Source: an uncultured Planctomycetia bacterium
GTDB lineage: Bacteria > Planctomycetota > Planctomycetia > Pirellulales > PALSA-1355
DNA: 64,000 bases
NCBI GenBank assembly: GCA_963807715.1
Contig: CAWECK010000005.1
Location: 251,194-315,193 of the forward strand
Reading direction: 5' to 3'
Numbering within the stretch: position 1 is the stretch's first letter; the number at the start of each line of letters is the position of its first letter. Below the pieces are notes generated by a model that saw only the letters and a list, made by a program, of their open reading frames with translations, ran no database searches and was not told the origin of the DNA. Shown piece by piece: positions 19,701 through 30,522 of this stretch. The position numbers were made by a program, and so were the translations under genes.

Positions 19701-21951
19701 GCCTGGCACGGGCGGTATCCAAACGACGCTTTTTGCCACCGGCACGCCGTTGGCGACGAACGGATTTTCGGCCAGCGGAAAGACGCTCAACTTGACGCTA
19801 GGTTTTGCCCCGACGCCGGGAATGCAACTCACGATCATCAACAACACAGCGACGCCGGCGGCGAGCAACCTCATCAGCGGCACTTTCTCGAACCTGGGGC
19901 AAGGCAGCACGGTCACTTTAAGTTACCAGGCAACTGCTTATTCATTCCACGCGAATTACCAGGCGGCCGACGGCAACGATCTGGTATTGACCAGTCCGGC
20001 GACGCCCAACGTGAGCGTGACTGATAGTGGCGGAACGTACAACGGTTCGGCCTACGCCGCGACGACCGCCAGCCTGGAAGGCGTGACACCGACACTGACC
20101 TATTATTCGGGGACGAGTGCCACGGGAACAGCTTTGAGCGGCGCTCCGACAACTGTGGGTACGTACACGGTGCTGGCCAGCTTCGCCGGCAGCACCGACT
20201 ATACCAGCGGCACGGCGAGCACCACGTTCACAATTAGCAAGGCCACGCCCATCGTAAGCGTTACCGACAATAGCGGGACCTATAACGGCGTCGCCTTTAT
20301 GGCCATGACCGCCAGTTTGGAAGGAGTGACTCCGAGCCTGATCTATTATTCAGGGACCAGCGCCACCGACACTGCTTTGAGCGGCGCTCCGACATCGGTG
20401 GGCACCTACACGGTGGTAGCTTCGTTTGCCGGCAGCGCCGATTACACCGCCGCGCAAAGCAGCCCGTTGACGTTCACCATCAGCCAGGCGCCGCTAACCA
20501 TCACCGCCAACAACCTGACGAAGGTCGTCGACTCTGCCAACCCGCCTCTGACGTTCACTGCCGCCGGCTTCGTCGTCGGCGACACGTTATCGAGCCTCTC
20601 GACCCAGCCGACTCTGTCCACAACTGCCGCCACCGATAGTCCCGTGGGCACCTACCCGATCACGGTCAGTGGCGCGGTCGAAACCAATTACAGCATTTCC
20701 TACGTCAATGGTACACTGATCGTCACGCCGGTACCCATCGCTACCACAACCAAGATCAAATCGTCGGACAATTCTTCGGTCTATGGCGAGTCGGTCACAT
20801 TCACGGCCACGATCACGGCTTCCAGCGGAAAAACCAAACCTAGCGGCACCGTTACCTTCAGTGATGGGAACGCCGTTCTGGGAACCGCATCGGCGTCCAA
20901 CGGCACAGCCACATTCACGACGTCCGCCTTGACGGTCGGCAGTCATTCCATCACGGCCGTCTACGCCGGTATCGAGAGTGTTTCCGCGAGTTTTTCAGAA
21001 AGCGCGTCGGCGGTGCTTGCCGAGACGGTGGCCCAAGCGGTGACCACTACCACGCTCAGCGCCTCCAGCACCAGGGCGACGTCGGGCCAATCCGTCACGT
21101 TCACGGCAAAGGTAGTGCCGACCTCGCCCGGCACCGGCACGCCGACCGGGACCGTGACATTCAAAGACGGGAGTATAACTTTGGGCGCTGCTACGCTCAG
21201 TCCGGTGACAGGGGGCGCTCAAGCCACGTTCGCTACCAGCACCCTGCCGATCGGCACCGACTCGATCACGGCGGTGTACGCAGGCAGCACCGATTACACG
21301 ACCAGTACGTCCAAAGCCTTAAGTGTGAAAATCAGACAGGCGGCTGCCGCGACGCCTTGGCAGAACCCGGTCAATCCGCTGGACGTGCTGGGCACGGGCG
21401 GACCGATCACGCCGGCGGATGCGCTGGCCGTGATCAATTATTTGAGTACCCAACCGGCGGGCACGATCTTACCGCCGACTTTTGCCGCCGGTTCCGACTA
21501 TTACGATGTGCTGGGCCTCGGCGCCGTCGTTCCGGCCGATGCGCTGGCGATTATCGACTATTTAAGCACCACGCCGGCCGTGACGAATTCTACGACCGGC
21601 GCCAACAGCGTTTCCAGCGCGGCGAGCGCCGCCGGCAGCGCTGCAAGTTCGCCGGCGACTGCTCAACCCCTGGTGAGTGCAGAAATCAGCCTGCCGTTGC
21701 CAACGCAAAGCAGCGATCCGGTCGTAAGTCCTGCCGTCGTGGCAGCCGGCCAGGTTAGTGGTCCGGTCAGCAACAGCAATCTCTCGTCATCCTCCCTTTC
21801 GGCACTCGTGAGGGCAGGATCGACCGAGCCTCCGCAATCATCCGTCAAACCGTCGGTTGCGTCTGCCACTCAATCGGCAAATAATCGCTCACCGGTCGAC
21901 GCCGTTGATTCGCTGCTAGCCAATCCCTTGTTGAATTGGCTGGACGAATAG
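16760..21951 (+). CDS. Giant planctomycete extracellular protein: LEGRRML motif, NHL beta-propeller repeats, MBG/Ig-like domains, dockerin-like C-terminus (one frameshift at ~18605)
   Basis: FEVLEGRRMLA; ~13 repeats of LAFDSSGNLYVAN...VSKFAPGST; ORFs 16556-18670 and 18649-21951 join by a 1-nt indel (GAGTTGCGCCG vs GAGTTCGCGCCG); WQNPVNPLDV...ITPADALAVINYL. Confidence 0.85.
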
Positions 21952-22546
21952 CAGAATCCTGAAAAAGGCCAGCGGAGATGGCCATTCCATGCCTGCGGTT
22001 CCTCGTAGCGTCAATTGTCCGAGATCACACTCGGGCAATGCGGAAGCCCCGTCACTTGCAATCGGCACTTGGACTTTTGGTGATCACTTCCTCAATAAGC
22101 TATCGCAGCTTACTCAGCTTCACATCGGCCAGCAGAGCCCCTTGAGGCCCTGGGTGGTTGCGGGCCTCAGACGCGGCCTGGGGCCGTCTCTGGCCGTTCG
22201 GCAGCTTCCCAGGGCCTCTCTGGCGATGTGGCGCGGGTTTGTTCCCGGAAGAGACACCCAGTCCCGTTTGAGCAGTACCCTTCGTGGCCTACATTTGATT
22301 AGCGCGCTAATCGGAAATGTAAGGGATGCCGTACAACAGCTTCGTGACGCCTGGCCCTACCGCGACTAGCTAGGCGTCGCCTGAGCAAGCGGTGATCAGC
22401 CGTGCGGTGCGGAGACAGCGGCGTGACGGCCTCCCCGAGCAGCCAACCTACTTTTCGCAGCGATTGGCTGGAATTACCCGGCTGCGTCTTTACGATAGGA
22501 GACTGTGGCCGGCCGGGGCAACCATTCTCTAGGAGCGCGATGTCAT

Positions 22547-23327
22547 ATGGCCAAATCACCCGCCAAATACAAACGCACGGATAGCACCGCAGCAGTTGCC
22601 AAACTCAAAGAGATGTTCGCAAATAAACGCAGCGATTTAGCGTGGCACCATGAGGTCGGTCGCTTGGTCGACGTGCTGAGGCCGGAACGCAGATACCGCG
22701 CAAGTAAAATAAATGAGCTTGTCGAGCTACTGTCGGGCAAGAAATCTCAGGCAGCGACGCAGCTTCTATACGCCGCCCGCGATTTCAGCCGGACCTACCC
22801 CAAGCGAGCATTGGGGACCTTGAAGGGGCTAACCTTTACCCATGTCTGTAGGCTACTCACAGTCGAGAACGCGCAAAGGCGAGACTGGTATCGCATGCAA
22901 TGCCAGAAACATCAATGGAAATCCCGACAACTGGATGCCAAGATCAAAGAAGAATTTGGCAAACGGTCGCAGGGTGGCAGACCGTTTGTGGAAGTGAAGA
23001 TGGTGGGGCCACTCGCGGCACTGAGGAATATGTTATGGCTGCGAGACATGTGGGAGAACAAGTGCGCGCCCTAAGTTAGAACAAAATCTGGAGCAACTGG
23101 CCAAGCGGTTGAACCGGCAACCCGTGGACGAGTTGATTAGCCAAGTCGACGCGGCATGCACCGCGTTGGATGAACTGTACGCGGCGGCCCAGGATGCCCG
23201 GACGAAGCTCCGGAAGATCAAGGGGACCCGCAAGCCTCAGTCGCTAGAGTGTGCCAGTGAAGCGACAGTGCCAACCCGAACTGGAAACAGTCCGTACAAA
23301 AAACTTGACAATCGCTGCGGAGCCTGA
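22547..23327 (+). CDS. DUF1016/YhcG N-terminal-like domain protein (frameshift near 23070)
   Basis: WHHEVGRLV...LLYAARDFSRTYP...LTFTHVCRLLTVENAQRRDWY...HQWKSRQL; an alternate frame continues to 23327. Confidence 0.5.
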
Positions 23328-23384
23328 TTAGCTGGTCGAAGCGTTCCCGCAGGCCTCCTCCCCGAGAACCATTTCGCTTCGACT

Positions 23385-24813
23385 GTGGTTATTCGACGCC
23401 CATTTGTTTATTTCTTGACGCTCTCGGCGGTTATCGCTTGGCTCGTGGCGGCACTCGCGGGAATCGCCGCGGCCGTTGAGCGGCCCAACGTGTTAATCAT
23501 CATCGCTGACGACCTGCGGCCGGAACTCGGCTGCTACGGCCGCTCGCATGTCCACTCGCCGAACATCGATCGGCTGGCGGCACGCAGCCTGCGATTCGAG
23601 CGGGCCTATTGTCAGTACCCGGTCTGCAATCCCAGCCGCACGTCGCTCCTCACCGGCCTGCGTCCGGAAACCACGCAAGTACTCTCGAACGAGGTTTACT
23701 TTCGGGATCGCCTCCGCGACGTCGTGACGCTTCCGCAGTTGTTTCGCACCAGCGGTTATCGTACGGTCAGCATCGGCAAGGTCTTTCATGCCGGGGGCAA
23801 ATTGGCCTCGCAGGACGACCGCGAACGAAGTTGGACCGAATCGTACGTTTTCGGCGCAACGAAAAAAGGCCAGCAGGGCGAGGGACGCGACCTGACCTAT
23901 CCCGGCGGAAATCGCGGTTGGTGCCGGTGGCTGGCGGCCGAGGGAGACGACGAAGATCAGCCGGATGGCCAGATGGCCGCCGAAGCGGTTCGCCAATTGG
24001 AGCGCACCGGCGACCCGCCCTGGCTGCTGGCCGTCGGCTTCCACAAGCCACACGATCCGTTCATTCGCGCCGAAGAAATATTTCGATCTTTATCCGCCCG
24101 ACAAGATCGAAGTGCCTGCGTTGCCGGCCAACCGCACGCCCGAACTGCGTCAGGCCTTCGGTGGACTCGATTTCAGCAAGTTCACCGATCGCGATCGGCA
24201 CGAATTCATGCGGGCCTATCTGGCCGGCGTCTCATTCACCGATGCCCAGGTTGGCAAGCTGCTTGAAGTGCTTGATCGTCGGCAACTGTGGGAGAATACG
24301 ATCGTGATCTTTTTCGGCGACCACGGCTACCATCTTGGTGAACACAACTGGTGGAACAAGTCGACGCTGTTTGAACTCTCGGCCCGCGTTCCGCTCCTGG
24401 TTTCGGTCCCGGGAATGTCGGCCCGCGGCCAGGCGTCAACTGCCTTGGTGGAGTTAGTCGATCTCTATCCGACGTTGTGCGACGTGTGTGGGCTTGCCGC
24501 GCCCAGCGGTCTGGAAGGATCTAGCTTTCGGTCACTACTGAACGAACCTAATCGAGCTTGGAAGAAAGCCGCATTCACGGTGGCCTCGCGGGGAAAAGCG
24601 TTGGGGCGGAGTATCCGGACCGAGTGCTGGCGATACACGCAGTGGGATGCAGAAGGCCAGGCGATCGAACTGTACGATCAGCAGTCCGATCCGGACGACT
24701 ACGTGAATTTGGCAAGCGATCCCGGCTGCGCGGACGTGCTGATCGAACTCAAAGCGCAACTGGCAGCCGGCTGGAAACAGGCCCTGCCGGCCACGACCGC
24801 CGGTGCGAAATAA
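23385..24813 (+). CDS. Sulfatase (iduronate/choline sulfatase-like), frameshift at ~24067
   Basis: RPNVLIIIADDLRP, CNPSRTSLLTG, GKVFH, GFHKPHDPF, FGDHGYHLGE. Confidence 0.88.
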
Positions 24814-24902
24814 TTCGAACCGCGTCCATCGCCACTAATCCACGGATATGTAACGGCAGTCCGGATCGACGGATACGGGGTTGTCCTAACAAGGATTTCG
24901 CG

Positions 24903-25100
24903 ATGAACCCACGTTCAATAGCGCCAGCCGACCCCAGACCTGAGGATCTGACAGTTTTGTTGAAGGGCATTGCCGAAAGACTTGACGCATTGCTTGCGCA
25001 GTCACGACCAACCCCAGCCTCGATTTCTCAACATCCAGGACGCTGCCACCTATGTCGGGTTGTCGGCTGAGTCAGTACGCCGGCTGTCGAACCTCACGAT
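24903..25100 (+). pseudogene. Excisionase-like helix-turn-helix remnant
   Basis: LKGIAERLDALLAQS then (frameshift) PRFLNIQDAATYVGLSAESVRRL. Confidence 0.5.
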
Positions 25101-25275
25101 CGCCAGAGGGGCTCCCTTGGGACGGGGGAATCGGCGCGATGATTGGAAAGTCACTGGCCCCCTCTGTTAAACGGAGGGACAATTGCCGCCTCGGAGCATA
25201 TCCGAGCGGAGCCTATATGGGCTATTCCAGGTTAGATTGGCGCACGCGATGAGAGACTACATGGGGGAATCCCAG

Positions 25276-26718
25276 ATGAAATATTGGCCGTGGATGAGCA
25301 TCGTGCTGCTGATCGCCCCGATCATTGTGCAGCACCCATGTGTGGCCGACGAGAGTGGCACCGGAGGCCCTCCCAACATTGTGCTTTTCTTTGTCGACAA
25401 CCTGGGCAATGGCGACCTGGGCTGCTGCGGATCGCAGCTCCATCGTACGCCTCACATCGACCGCCTGGCCCGGGAAGGCACGCGATTCACCAGTTTCTAC
25501 GTGGCCAGTGGAGTCTGCACGCCAAGCCGAGCCGCGCTGCTGACCGGGTGTTACCCGCGTCGCATCAATCTGCATGTCAACGGCTCGAACGGGGCCGTAC
25601 TGCGGCCGGTCGACACCAAGGGGCTGTCGCCGGACGAAACGAACCTGGCCAAAGTGCTTCGACAAGCGGGCTATGCGACGGCCATCTTCGGAAAGTGGCA
25701 CCTGGGAGACCAGCCGCCGTTTCTGCCCACGCGCCAGGGGTTCGACACGTTCTTCGGCATTCCCTACAGCGACGACATGACCAAGGACAAGCAGCCCGAC
25801 GCCTGGCCCGAGTTGCCGCTGCTTCAAGACGATCGCGTAATCGAGGCCCCGGTCGATCGCAATTATTTGGTTCAGCGTTGCACGAGCGCGGCGATCGCCT
25901 GCATGGAGCGAAACCGCGAACGTCCGTTCTTCATTTATTTACCGCACATTACGCCGGGCTCGACGGACCGTCCGTTCGCCAGCCCGGCGTTTCGCGGCAA
26001 GAGCAACAACGGCGCCTACGGCGATGCCGTGGAAGAGTTGGACTGGTCGACGGGCGAAATTTTGGCGGCTGTGGCACGCCTGGATTTGGAACGGCGGACG
26101 ATTGTCATCTGGACTTCCGACAACGGGGCCGTCGATCGGCATCCGCCACAGGGAAGCTGCGCTCCGTACAAGGGCTGGGGATACGACACCTCCGAGGGCG
26201 CGATGCGCGTTCCATGTATCGTCCGTTGGCCAGGACGGGTTCCGGCCGGCCGGGTCTGCGATGAACTCTGCTCGTCGTTGGATCTGCTGCCGACGCTCGC
26301 CGCATTGGCCGGCGCGCCATCACCGCCACAAAAGATCGACGGTCACGACATTCGATCCATACTTCTTGGCCTGCCCCAGGCCCGCTCGCCCTGGGACGAC
26401 GAAGGTTTCTGCTATTACTTCAGGGATCAATTGCAGGCCGTGCGTGCCGGCGGGTGGAAGCTCTACTTGCCGCTGGCACAAAAGCATGGCAACCTGCCCG
26501 GCCGTGGTCAGCCGCCAACGATTGAGTTGTACGACGTCCGCTCAGACGTCGGCGAGATGAAGGAGGCTTCCGCCGAGCATCCGGACGTGGTCGCGCGTTT
26601 ACGGGAGATGGCCGACAAGGCTCGCCGGGAACTGGGCGATGTAGGCCTGATCGGGCGCGGCCAACGTCCCGCCGGCCGGGTCGAGCACCCACAACCATTG
26701 ATGCCGATGAGCAATTAA
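25276..26718 (+). CDS. Arylsulfatase family protein
   Basis: PPNIVLFFVDNLG, VCTPSRAALLTG, GKWHLG, WTSDNG; signal peptide. Confidence 0.9.
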   Translation: MKYWPWMSIVLLIAPIIVQHPCVADESGTGGPPNIVLFFVDNLGNGDLGCCGSQLHRTPHIDRLAREGTRFTSFYVASGVCTPSRAALLTGCYPRRINLHVNGSNGAVLRPVDTKGLSPDETNLAKVLRQAGYATAIFGKWHLGDQPPFLPTRQGFDTFFGIPYSDDMTKDKQPDAWPELPLLQDDRVIEAPVDRNYLVQRCTSAAIACMERNRERPFFIYLPHITPGSTDRPFASPAFRGKSNNGAYGDAVEELDWSTGEILAAVARLDLERRTIVIWTSDNGAVDRHPPQGSCAPYKGWGYDTSEGAMRVPCIVRWPGRVPAGRVCDELCSSLDLLPTLAALAGAPSPPQKIDGHDIRSILLGLPQARSPWDDEGFCYYFRDQLQAVRAGGWKLYLPLAQKHGNLPGRGQPPTIELYDVRSDVGEMKEASAEHPDVVARLREMADKARRELGDVGLIGRGQRPAGRVEHPQPLMPMSN

Positions 26719-27032
26719 CTCGTAAGGAACAAGACAGCCGCACGACAACAGATCTCTTGCCGGCAATAACGGACCCGGGCCCGACGATTCCTCGCCCAAA
26801 CCTTAAGATGGATCATCACCATCTGGGGAACCTGGAGCTTCTCACTCTGGGCCTGGAAGTATCTGGTTGTCGTTGTGCATCGCTTTCATTCCCGGATGCC
26901 CTGACGCATCGTTGCCTGATCTTCAATCGCGGGTGCTTCGTTCCCTTGGCCCTAGATGGCGGCTAGGATTGACTGTGCGGCTGGTCGATCCATTCTCCGC
27001 TTTTTCGAGATCAGGCTCCATCGTTTTATGGT

Positions 27033-27300
27033 TATGCCACGGATCCGTTGGCTTGTTTTCACTGGCTTCGTTGCCATTTCCATTTGGGGTAGCGCGCGTC
27101 TCGCGAGAGCCGGCGAGACGCCAAAACCCCAGAGCCCGCCGTTCGTGGCCACGGAACTCGTCTTTTCCGCGCACGGCGTAGATAAGATCGTCGGAACATT
27201 GTGGACTCCGTCCGAACGTTCCCGGCCCATGCCACTGGCAATCTGGGTCCATGGCAGCAGTCCGCAGGCGAGAGGCGGTCTCGGGCCCTGTCGTTCATCC
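27033..27300 (+). pseudogene. Alpha/beta hydrolase N-terminal fragment
   Basis: Signal peptide plus IVGTLWTP..PMPLAIWVHGSSPQ, then breaks into IS remnant. Confidence 0.45.
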
Positions 27301-27872
27301 GAGACTTGACGGCTCCTCGGTACGCAGTCCAACAAGGGCGGCCGTCGATCGACCCGGAGGCTTACTTTCGCATGCAGCTGGTGGCGTACTTTTTCGGCGT
27401 CGCCTCGGAACGGCAACTCTGTGAAGATGTCTATTACAATCTCGCTTACCGCTGGTTTTGCCGCTTGTCGCTCACGGAGGACGTGCCCGACCACTCGTCG
27501 CTGACCCGCATCCGCGACCGCTACGGCACCGAGATCTTCGAGTCAGTATTCCGCCGAATCGTCGAGCAGTGCAAGCAGAAGGGGTTGTGAAGTGGACCCC
27601 GTTTTTCGGACCACGGGGCCGGGTTTCTTAGATGGTGGTCAGCGAGGGGTTCTTCGCCGAGGCGAAGCAGAGCCACTGCTTGTCGCGCGCGAAGTACCGC
27701 GGCCGGCCAAAAGTGCAAATCCAAGCCTACCTGAGTGCAATGGCCCAGAACCTCAAACGCCTCCTCTTCCCGTTTTGCCAATGGCTGACGGCTTGGTGGC
27801 TAGGCAAGCAATTCTCGCCAATTCCACCAACCAGCGACCCCCATCGAAAATCCGACTTTTTCAACAGACCCG
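27290..27872 (+). mobile_element. IS1182-family remnant with internal deletion and an embedded IS3-type terminal fragment
   Basis: GRPSIDPEAYFRMQLVAYFFG...PDHSSLTRIR, then EGFFAEAKQSHCLSRAKYRG...AQNLKRL; junction has TGAAGTGGACCCCG (~27587), similar to the IS3 IR at 37049. Confidence 0.75.
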
Positions 27873-28090
27873 GTAGTTAAATGGGATTCTCAAGAATCAA
27901 AGCTTTTCACGAGATGTTGAGATGCCGATGGATGCTGATCCAGGGAGGCTTGGTGCAGCATAGCCCAACTTTTCAGTGCGGATTGGAGAGGGAGAGATCC
28001 GTGTTGGTGCGAATAATCGTCTGAGTGCGAAACTCGCCCGCCTGTGATTAACAACTCTTGGCAGACCGATTCTGCGAAGCGAACGGAGCA

Positions 28091-30502
28091 TCACTTCTTT
28101 TGTGTCACGTCGAACGTGATCTTTTCGATTGACCCGGTGAACGCGAACGGCAACTTCGTCATGTAGTCGGCGTTGACCGGCGAAATCGAATCGCGACCGA
28201 CCTCGAACGGCTCGACGCCGTGGCGGAACATTGCTTTCTTCGTCTCCCCTTCGGCGGCCAGCTTGCCGTTAACGAACAGCTTTACTGTCGCTCCGTCACT
28301 AATCGTGCTTCCTTTTGGGAGGCCTTTTGACGCATATTCCAGCTTCAGGGTCACCTTGCCGGCCGGGAGCTTGTCCTTGCCGTCGACGTTGTAGAACTCA
28401 AAGTCGGCCATGTTGTAGTGGTACGCTGGCTTGCCGTCCTTGATGTAGAGGGTCCATCCGCCAGAGATGCCGCCAGCGCAAGCGATCACCCCTTCGCAAC
28501 CATTCTCCGGAACGATTAGGTCGGCGGTAATCGTGTGAGAATTGGGGTAAACCATCGGGCCGATCGGCTCCGGCAGCCGGACGTTGTTGCCGTAGTAGGT
28601 CCAGCTTGTGCGGGCCTCGCCGGCGACGCGATTTCGCGAATCGAGCCGCTCCGCCAGGCGCGGATCCAGTGGCAAGACGCCGTACTTCTTTGCTTCTTCT
28701 ACGAACAACGCCTGGAGCTGCTTCAGCTTCTCCGGATTCTTAACTGCAACGTCGTCGGCTTGGCTGAAGTCGGCGTCAAGGTTGTACAACTCCCACGGAG
28801 CCTTGAGAAAGTCTCCCGCTTTGCCGGCCGTGGTCCACGGCACTCCGAAACGACTACATGCTAGCCAGCCATCGTTGTAAATGGCTCGGTTCACGAACAT
28901 CTCGTAGTACTGCGTCGTCCGCTTGCTTTTCTCCTTCGCGTTGTCGAACGTGTACATCATCGAAACGCCTTCGATCGGCTTCTGGGCGATGCCGTTGACG
29001 ATCTTTGGCGCAGCGATCTTGCACGCTTCCAGAATCGTCGGCACTACGTCGATCACGTGATGGTATTGAGTGCGGGTTTCGCCTTTGGCCTTGATCCGTT
29101 TGGGCCAATGCACGATCAACGGATTGCGAGTTCCACCGAAGTGGCTGGCAACTTGTTTGGTCCACTGGAACGGAGTGGCCATTGCCCAGGCCCAGCCAAC
29201 CGGGACATGCGGCTCCGATTCTGGTCCGCCGATCTGGTCGATCCGTTTGGCGATGCTGGCCAGCCCGGGGTTGAAGCCGACCAGGCTGGCGACTTCGTTA
29301 AAGGTTCCTTCGAGCCCGCCTTCCGCGCTGGGACCATTGTCACCAACGATAAATAAAACGAGCGTGTTGTCGAGTTCGCCGGACTTTGCGAGGCTCTCGA
29401 TCAGCCGGCCGACGTGGAAGTCGGTGTGGGCCATGAAGGCCGCATAATTCTCCATCAGGCGGCAGTAGACCTTTTTGGCCTCCGCAGGCTGAACCTCCCA
29501 GGCCGGGATTTCCTTGGGCCGCGGTGTGAGCTTCGCGCCGGCTGGAATGATCCCCATTTTCTTTTGCTGCTCGTAGGTCATCTTGCGCTGCTTGTCCCAC
29601 CCGTGGTCGAACTTTCCGCTGTACTTGGCCCTCCATTCCGGCGGTGCATGATGCGGCGCGTGCGCGGCCCCGGTGCTGAAGAAACAAAACCAAGGCTTGT
29701 CCGGATTGGCCGCGCGGGTGTTGCTGGTCCAGGCGATGGCTTCGTCGGTGATGTCCGCGCTGAAGTGGTAGCCCTGCTCCGGCGTCTTCGGGGCATTGAC
29801 TGCCGTCGTGTTGCGATACAGCACTGGGTAGTACTGGCTCGTTTCGCCCTGGTTGAAGCCGTAGAAGTATTCAAATCCTTGGCCGGTCGGCCAGCGGTCG
29901 AAGGGACCTGCCGGGCTGATCTCCGGCTCCGGTGTGTTGTGGGCCTTGCCGAACATTGCCGTGGCATACCCGTTGTCGCGGAGCGTCTCGGCGACGACGG
30001 CGGTGCTCCGTGGGATGATGCCCGTATAGCCTGGATATCCCGTGCCGCATTCAATGATGACGCCGGTGCCGACGCTGTGATGATTGCGGCCGGTCAACAA
30101 GGCTGCCCGCGTCGGCGAACAGAGCGCGGTCGTGTGAAAGTGGGTGTACTTCAAGCCGTTATTCGCAAGCTTGTCCATAGTTGGCGTTGGGACCGGGCCA
30201 CCAAATGTGCCGCACATTCCGAACCCGACATCATCCAAAAGGATAAGCAGCACGTTTGGGCTGCCAGCCGGTGCTCTCAAGGGCTGTGGGTAACTCGGCG
30301 TCGAGTCCTTGTAGGTCTCACCGATCTTTCCCTTGAACGCCGGATCGGGCTGGGGAAGCTGGGCGCCGTCGGCACTAGCCGCAGCGGCGCTCTTTTCTTG
30401 TGCATGGCTGAGACTGACCAATCGGCCCGAGGCAACCAGCCAACCGAACAAAGCACCCGTGCAGAGCACGGCCATCACGGTTAAACGCATTTGTCGTGAC
30501 AT
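28091..30502 (-). CDS. Arylsulfatase (AtsA/AslA-like, long C-terminal domain)
   Basis: PNVLLILLDDVGFG, ALCSPTRAALLTGRNHH, GDNG, WTKQVASHFGGTRN; start MSRQMRLTV. Confidence 0.9.
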   Translation of the reverse strand: MSRQMRLTVMAVLCTGALFGWLVASGRLVSLSHAQEKSAAAASADGAQLPQPDPAFKGKIGETYKDSTPSYPQPLRAPAGSPNVLLILLDDVGFGMCGTFGGPVPTPTMDKLANNGLKYTHFHTTALCSPTRAALLTGRNHHSVGTGVIIECGTGYPGYTGIIPRSTAVVAETLRDNGYATAMFGKAHNTPEPEISPAGPFDRWPTGQGFEYFYGFNQGETSQYYPVLYRNTTAVNAPKTPEQGYHFSADITDEAIAWTSNTRAANPDKPWFCFFSTGAAHAPHHAPPEWRAKYSGKFDHGWDKQRKMTYEQQKKMGIIPAGAKLTPRPKEIPAWEVQPAEAKKVYCRLMENYAAFMAHTDFHVGRLIESLAKSGELDNTLVLFIVGDNGPSAEGGLEGTFNEVASLVGFNPGLASIAKRIDQIGGPESEPHVPVGWAWAMATPFQWTKQVASHFGGTRNPLIVHWPKRIKAKGETRTQYHHVIDVVPTILEACKIAAPKIVNGIAQKPIEGVSMMYTFDNAKEKSKRTTQYYEMFVNRAIYNDGWLACSRFGVPWTTAGKAGDFLKAPWELYNLDADFSQADDVAVKNPEKLKQLQALFVEEAKKYGVLPLDPRLAERLDSRNRVAGEARTSWTYYGNNVRLPEPIGPMVYPNSHTITADLIVPENGCEGVIACAGGISGGWTLYIKDGKPAYHYNMADFEFYNVDGKDKLPAGKVTLKLEYASKGLPKGSTISDGATVKLFVNGKLAAEGETKKAMFRHGVEPFEVGRDSISPVNADYMTKLPFAFTGSIEKITFDVTQKK

Positions 30503-30522
30503 CACGTCACTCCTTGCAGAGG

